From positions 1 to 64,000 of IMG/VR virus record IMGVR_UViG_3300035698_019747: 64,000 bases of DNA. One strand, written 5' to 3'. This DNA is from a virus. The translations under genes were made by a program, and so were the position numbers. Below the pieces are notes generated by a model. It was not told where the DNA came from. It did not search any database and worked only from the letters and a program-made list of their open reading frames with translations. Shown piece by piece: positions 59,523-64,000 of this stretch (within the stretch, counting starts at the first letter, position 1; each line of letters begins with the position of its first letter).

Positions 59523-60407
59523 ATGAAAATCCAGAAAGGAAACCCTAGTGCATTCATATGTACTAATGAAACAGAACGTCAAACAAGAGGACGTAAAAAA
59601 GTTTATGAGCCTAATTCTAAGGTATATTTAAACGACAATGATGAGTTTGAAATTGAACTATTCAACCCAACAACAAGTAACTTAAAAGCTGATATTAGTA
59701 TTGATGGTAAACCAATTGCTTCTGGTGGTATTGTTATACGCAGTGGTGAGAGAATGTATTTAAATTGTTTTCCAGATAGTAGAAAAAAATTTATTTTTAA
59801 AACTTATAAAGTAGAAAACAGCGAAGATGCAAAAAAGGCTATTTCAAATAATGGAAAAGTGGAAGTTAAATTTTACAAAGAAAAAGTTATTTCATTTCCT
59901 ATCATAACCACAACTGGTAATGCTATATGGAACAATTCTTATTATTATTATGATATATGGAACAATCCTAATAATTATGGTGGTACATGGTACAACACTA
60001 AATGTACTACTAATAATAATATTAATAGTACTTATAATAATACTAGCATGGGTTTGGGGATATCTAGTGGGTTTAAATCAAGTGATTTATCAAAATCACC
60101 TAATAGAAGCAAAAAATCTAAAAAATCTATTGAAACTGGACAAATAAGTGGTGGTGGTATATCTGATCAGACATTTATAACAGTTGATATGAAATTTGAT
60201 ACATATGTATATACATCATATATATTTACCATTCTACCTTATTCACAAAAACCTCTTGAAAGAAAGGATGTTATGATTACTAATAAACCTATAAAAAATA
60301 GCACAATCAGTAAATTAGATAAAATTAAACAAATCGCAGACTTATTAGAACAGGGTAATATAAATGCTGATGAATATGAAGTTCTGAAAGAAGAAATATT
60401 TAAATAA
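59523..60407 (+). CDS. hypothetical protein with C-terminal SHOCT-like domain
   Basis: IKQIADLLEQGNINADEYEVLKEEI. Confidence 0.75.
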   Translation: MKIQKGNPSAFICTNETERQTRGRKKVYEPNSKVYLNDNDEFEIELFNPTTSNLKADISIDGKPIASGGIVIRSGERMYLNCFPDSRKKFIFKTYKVENSEDAKKAISNNGKVEVKFYKEKVISFPIITTTGNAIWNNSYYYYDIWNNPNNYGGTWYNTKCTTNNNINSTYNNTSMGLGISSGFKSSDLSKSPNRSKKSKKSIETGQISGGGISDQTFITVDMKFDTYVYTSYIFTILPYSQKPLERKDVMITNKPIKNSTISKLDKIKQIADLLEQGNINADEYEVLKEEIFK

Positions 60408-60454
60408 ATAAAAAGGGGGATTAAATAAATAATTATTTAATCCCCCTTTATTTT
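60407..60454. terminator. bidirectional intrinsic terminator
   Basis: AAAGGGGGATTAAATAA...TTATTTAATCCCCCTTT between convergent genes. Confidence 0.85.
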
Positions 60455-61040
60455 ATGGTATATATAGATTTGTTGGAGTATCCTTTTTTATTTCAACCGT
60501 GGGGAATTTATCTTTGAACCCCCGTGGGTCAAATGGTTTGACGATAATATGTCTACCACTTTTACTTGATATAAGTCCATATAGTTTACTACCCAATGGT
60601 TGTAAACCTTCTATATACGTAATTATTTCTAAAGCTAAATCCAAATTATCATCATCATTATCTAAATCTAAAATCCACTTATTTGTTTTCTCACTGCTAT
60701 ATTTACCACAACATGAACTGAAGCAACTCTTAATAGAATGGCTTTGACCACTATCAATTATTTTAGCAATTTCAATATTCATTTTCTTCGCCAAATTATC
60801 GTAGTTTCTTTTGTTCAATATGATAGTGGCTCTGGCATTATTAGAATCACATAATTTTATTATCTCTTCTTCTTTCTTTCTATAATATTCCATATTCCCC
60901 ACATAATATTCCTTAATAGTCTTTGAATGTGTGGGCATGTCAGGGTTATCTTTTCTTCTTTTAAGAATTTGAATAAAGTAGAATTCAGCTTCATCAGTAA
61001 ACTTTAAATATTCTTCAATTGTATTGAAATTATTTATCAT
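60453..61040 (-). CDS. conserved-looking phage protein, possible primase-polymerase (AEP) fold
   Basis: WILDLD (DxD) and SKSGRH (SxxGxH) motifs. Confidence 0.55.
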   Translation of the reverse strand: MINNFNTIEEYLKFTDEAEFYFIQILKRRKDNPDMPTHSKTIKEYYVGNMEYYRKKEEEIIKLCDSNNARATIILNKRNYDNLAKKMNIEIAKIIDSGQSHSIKSCFSSCCGKYSSEKTNKWILDLDNDDDNLDLALEIITYIEGLQPLGSKLYGLISSKSGRHIIVKPFDPRGFKDKFPTVEIKKDTPTNLYIP

Positions 61041-61046
61041 AATTAA

Positions 61047-61787
61047 TTATCTAATAATTTTTTTAATATCATTTGGATTCCACCACTTTGGTAAGAATCT
61101 GGGCTTAGCATATTCGATGAAATGAGATTTCCAAAGTCTTATCAAACTCTCAACACCCTCACGCTCTACCACTAATTTAGTTAAATTAAGAATTTCTAAA
61201 TCATTAATACCATTTATTCTAAATTTCTTAATAGTTTCACTTATATTATATAAATTTTTAGCAGGTATGGAATCCATGTGGTTTCTTAATATCCTAACAT
61301 TCTTCTCATAGCTATAGATGTTCCTATTATTTTCTATCTCGGCACTTGATATATGTTTGTCTAATAGATCCTTCTTCAAGTCATCTGCAAACCTCTCATA
61401 TATACTATGTTCCCCTTCCGTTAATAAAACTAAATCTGTTGAGTTTTTATCTTTATATTTAATTGGAAATAATTTTCTATACATATAAGGAACTACGTGA
61501 TGCTTAGTTAAATTATCTTTACTACCACTGACTACACACATATTTCTTCGTTGATTAAGGTATTTAATAGGCTCACCTTCCCCACCGGGTACAAAAGTCA
61601 ATTGATACTTTTTATGACCTATCTTTTCAGCTAAGCCTTTATTGAGGTACCAATCAACTCTCTTCATCTTACAATAGAACATGAGGTTACCATTGGGATG
61701 GTAAACCTCATTGTTCTCATATAAATTAGATTTTAATATTTTATCGTCATCATCCATTTTCTTGACACATTTCCAGAATTTTATCAA
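61047..61787 (-). CDS. HNH-type nuclease-like protein
   Basis: CVVSG....LTKHHVVP..YR..FP, DLVLL...H..YE. Confidence 0.65.
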   Translation of the reverse strand: MIKFWKCVKKMDDDDKILKSNLYENNEVYHPNGNLMFYCKMKRVDWYLNKGLAEKIGHKKYQLTFVPGGEGEPIKYLNQRRNMCVVSGSKDNLTKHHVVPYMYRKLFPIKYKDKNSTDLVLLTEGEHSIYERFADDLKKDLLDKHISSAEIENNRNIYSYEKNVRILRNHMDSIPAKNLYNISETIKKFRINGINDLEILNLTKLVVEREGVESLIRLWKSHFIEYAKPRFLPKWWNPNDIKKIIR

Positions 61788-62658
61788 TATTATCTTTACG
61801 TATTTTATAAATAGTTAGATTTTTTATTTTATCACTTTCACGTTTTATTGTCACGCAGTCTTCCCCAACAAAGCTTCTCATATAAGTTTTAAACACCTCA
61901 TAGCTATCAAATATGGGATCTTGTACCATTTTTGATATTCTATCAATGAAAACACGTGATGAAAACCCATACCCAAATCTAGGTAACATATCTAGTTGAG
62001 TCTTATCTAGACTAGTACTTCTATACCTAATACGGCCAATAAATTTTTCCAACCTTTTAAGATTAGTTACAGAAGCCTCATTAATATCCTTTCCATCTAA
62101 AATTATTTTAACAACATTACTGAAACGAATACTATGTCCAATTATACCATCAAGTGTTTCAATTATTTCATTAAATGGAGCATCATCTAAATCAACACGT
62201 TCATTTACTAGGTCAGTTATTCCCTTATAATGCCTTTTAACTAAGCTACCCTTCTTTGTGATATAGTGATAAGCGTTATCACAAAATGATATACCATAAC
62301 TCATGTTAAGTGCGCGACTCTTATCAGAACTATTTAATAGGTAAAATACTTTACGGAATTTCTCATCACTCACACAAATCTCTTCAGAGTATAATCGGAT
62401 TTCTTGAAGACCCCCGATAATATATATGTCATAACTAGCAATCTCAAATTTTTCTGAAATTTCATTAATACACTTGGTGATAAATGGCTTAAAGTCAAAA
62501 ATCTCATAGCGATCCGAAACTACTTTACGAGCTACCTGTTTTTTATCATAATAAGTAACAACTTCACCCCCCTCTTTTCGAATTTCAATATTATTAAGAT
62601 ATCCAATAACTTCTTCGTAGTTAAATACTTGGTTAATTTTTCTTACTTTATGATACAT
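61750..62658 (-). CDS. hypothetical protein
   Basis: 302 aa; TATATTTG box at 62681-62688; C-terminal RKDNIDKIL. Confidence 0.8.
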   Translation of the reverse strand: MYHKVRKINQVFNYEEVIGYLNNIEIRKEGGEVVTYYDKKQVARKVVSDRYEIFDFKPFITKCINEISEKFEIASYDIYIIGGLQEIRLYSEEICVSDEKFRKVFYLLNSSDKSRALNMSYGISFCDNAYHYITKKGSLVKRHYKGITDLVNERVDLDDAPFNEIIETLDGIIGHSIRFSNVVKIILDGKDINEASVTNLKRLEKFIGRIRYRSTSLDKTQLDMLPRFGYGFSSRVFIDRISKMVQDPIFDSYEVFKTYMRSFVGEDCVTIKRESDKIKNLTIYKIRKDNIDKILEMCQENG

Positions 62659-63032
62659 ATGTATGATTTTTATTAGAGTACAAATATATACAAAAAAAAA
62701 CTACTCTACCTAAATTTTTGTAATTCTTTAATTATTCTCATCAAGGTCGTTAACTATATTTAAAAATTCGTATTCTGGTAAATTGTTTTCCGATACGACA
62801 TACCACGTAAAAATATCATCACCACCCCAATATGAATTAAGTACTTTATCATTCAAGTTATTTTCTTTTAGAAATTCAAAAATAAGTATAGGTGTGTTCC
62901 TATCATCATCAACCCATACCCTCCATTATAGCATCTAAACACGCATGGTATACCAATATAGAATTAATCTCAACTTTATGAAAGTTTAAATATTTTTGTA
63001 ATAATATTCTAGCTTCTTCCATTTATACATAT

Positions 63033-63212
63033 TTAATTAACTTCATATTTATCTGACTTACCATTTAAAACATCATCTAATGATCCACCATTATTTAAAT
63101 ATTTCTGGAACTCCTCTGAAATTAGAGGTTCATTTACTTGAAAGACTTCACTCGCTACTTTAAAGGTACTTTCAATTAATTTAAAACCCTTTATAATAAT
63201 ATTATCACTCAT
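63033..63212 (-). CDS. small hypothetical protein (59 aa, not in ORF track)
   Basis: ATGA-coupled to the upstream gene. Confidence 0.55.
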   Translation of the reverse strand: MSDNIIIKGFKLIESTFKVASEVFQVNEPLISEEFQKYLNNGGSLDDVLNGKSDKYEVN

Positions 63213-63613
63213 AACCCAAGTGCACTCAATTCATCACCAGATAGTTTAGATAAAGCACTTTTTCTATGATATTCAGTATCTTTAATCACATCTAATACTT
63301 TTATAGGAGTCCCATCACCTTCCCACCCAACATCAACACTACCATATTGCACATAACCATCTTTATCTTTTTCTAAAAATGATAAATAAATATTATGATC
63401 CGTATTTATTGTCATGCCATATTTTTCTTGAATGACTATTAAATCCTTTATGAATTCATTTGATTTAATTATCGCTTCATTTTTAGTATATTTCTTCATA
63501 TATGTTATTAATAAATTATTCTTCTTTCTCATACCATTTAGGATTTGGTAGATCACTATAACTATCCCACATATCCTCATCAATTGGTGTGAAATCATCA
63601 TTAGATATATCAA
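63209..63613 (-). CDS. hypothetical protein; probable start MKKYTK near 63499
   Basis: C-terminal ALSKLS..E..ALGL. Confidence 0.65.
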   Translation of the reverse strand: MIYLMMISHQLMRICGIVIVIYQILNGMRKKNNLLITYMKKYTKNEAIIKSNEFIKDLIVIQEKYGMTINTDHNIYLSFLEKDKDGYVQYGSVDVGWEGDGTPIKVLDVIKDTEYHRKSALSKLSGDELSALGL

Positions 63614-63734
63614 TAGATGTTACTAACAATGCCATCTCACTTCTCAATTCAGATAACCTTTTCTCATCACGAGTATCAGTATACTCTTCTAGTAAATCTG
63701 AATGTCTTTCTCTCATTTCAGTTAAATTTTCCAT
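63516..63734 (-). CDS. hypothetical protein
   Basis: 72-aa ORF. Confidence 0.65.
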   Translation of the reverse strand: MENLTEMRERHSDLLEEYTDTRDEKRLSELRSEMALLVTSIDISNDDFTPIDEDMWDSYSDLPNPKWYEKEE

Positions 63735-64000
63735 GGTAATTTAATTTAATTAGTTAATCTATAACGTTTTTTATACTACACTCAATACAGAGTATATACC
63801 ATAAAACACAATCCCATTATTATTTCTACAAAAACTTTTTGACTCTTCAATACGCTTTTTAATAGGCATTGTATTATCATTAAGTATATTTTTTATTTTA
63901 TGTATTGAATTACGTAAATCTTTTAAAAAGTAAGGTATATTATATACACAAATGATAGCACTAATATCACCATCATAAATATATTAAATTTATCCATTAC

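Overview
A very AT-rich 64 kb segment of a large T4-like (jumbo) myophage genome in the standard genetic code. Repeated TAnnTTTG promoter boxes suggest a Bacteroidota host. Structural genes include tail sheath, tail tube and baseplate-like genes. Nucleotide metabolism genes include nrdA/nrdB, thyA, gmk, an IMPDH/GMPR enzyme and nadD. Other genes encode two orphan DNA methyltransferases, a ClpC lacking its N-domain, a CCA-adding enzyme, two 2H phosphoesterases, an HD hydrolase and many small proteins carrying a shared N-terminal capsid-targeting-like motif. Two systems stand out. (1) A five-tRNA operon (Arg-ACG plus Ser-GCT, -TGA, -GGA and -CGA) sits directly behind what looks like a ribosome-mediated attenuator. 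It consists of an unannotated 25-aa leader peptide with an SSSRSSR run, a mutually exclusive antiterminator hairpin and an intrinsic terminator, so tRNA expression may respond to depletion of exactly those tRNAs. (2) The large terminase is split in the middle of its Walker A motif by an atypically split intein, with the two halves about 22 kb apart on opposite strands. All calls come from reading motifs by eye; no searches or folding programs were run.
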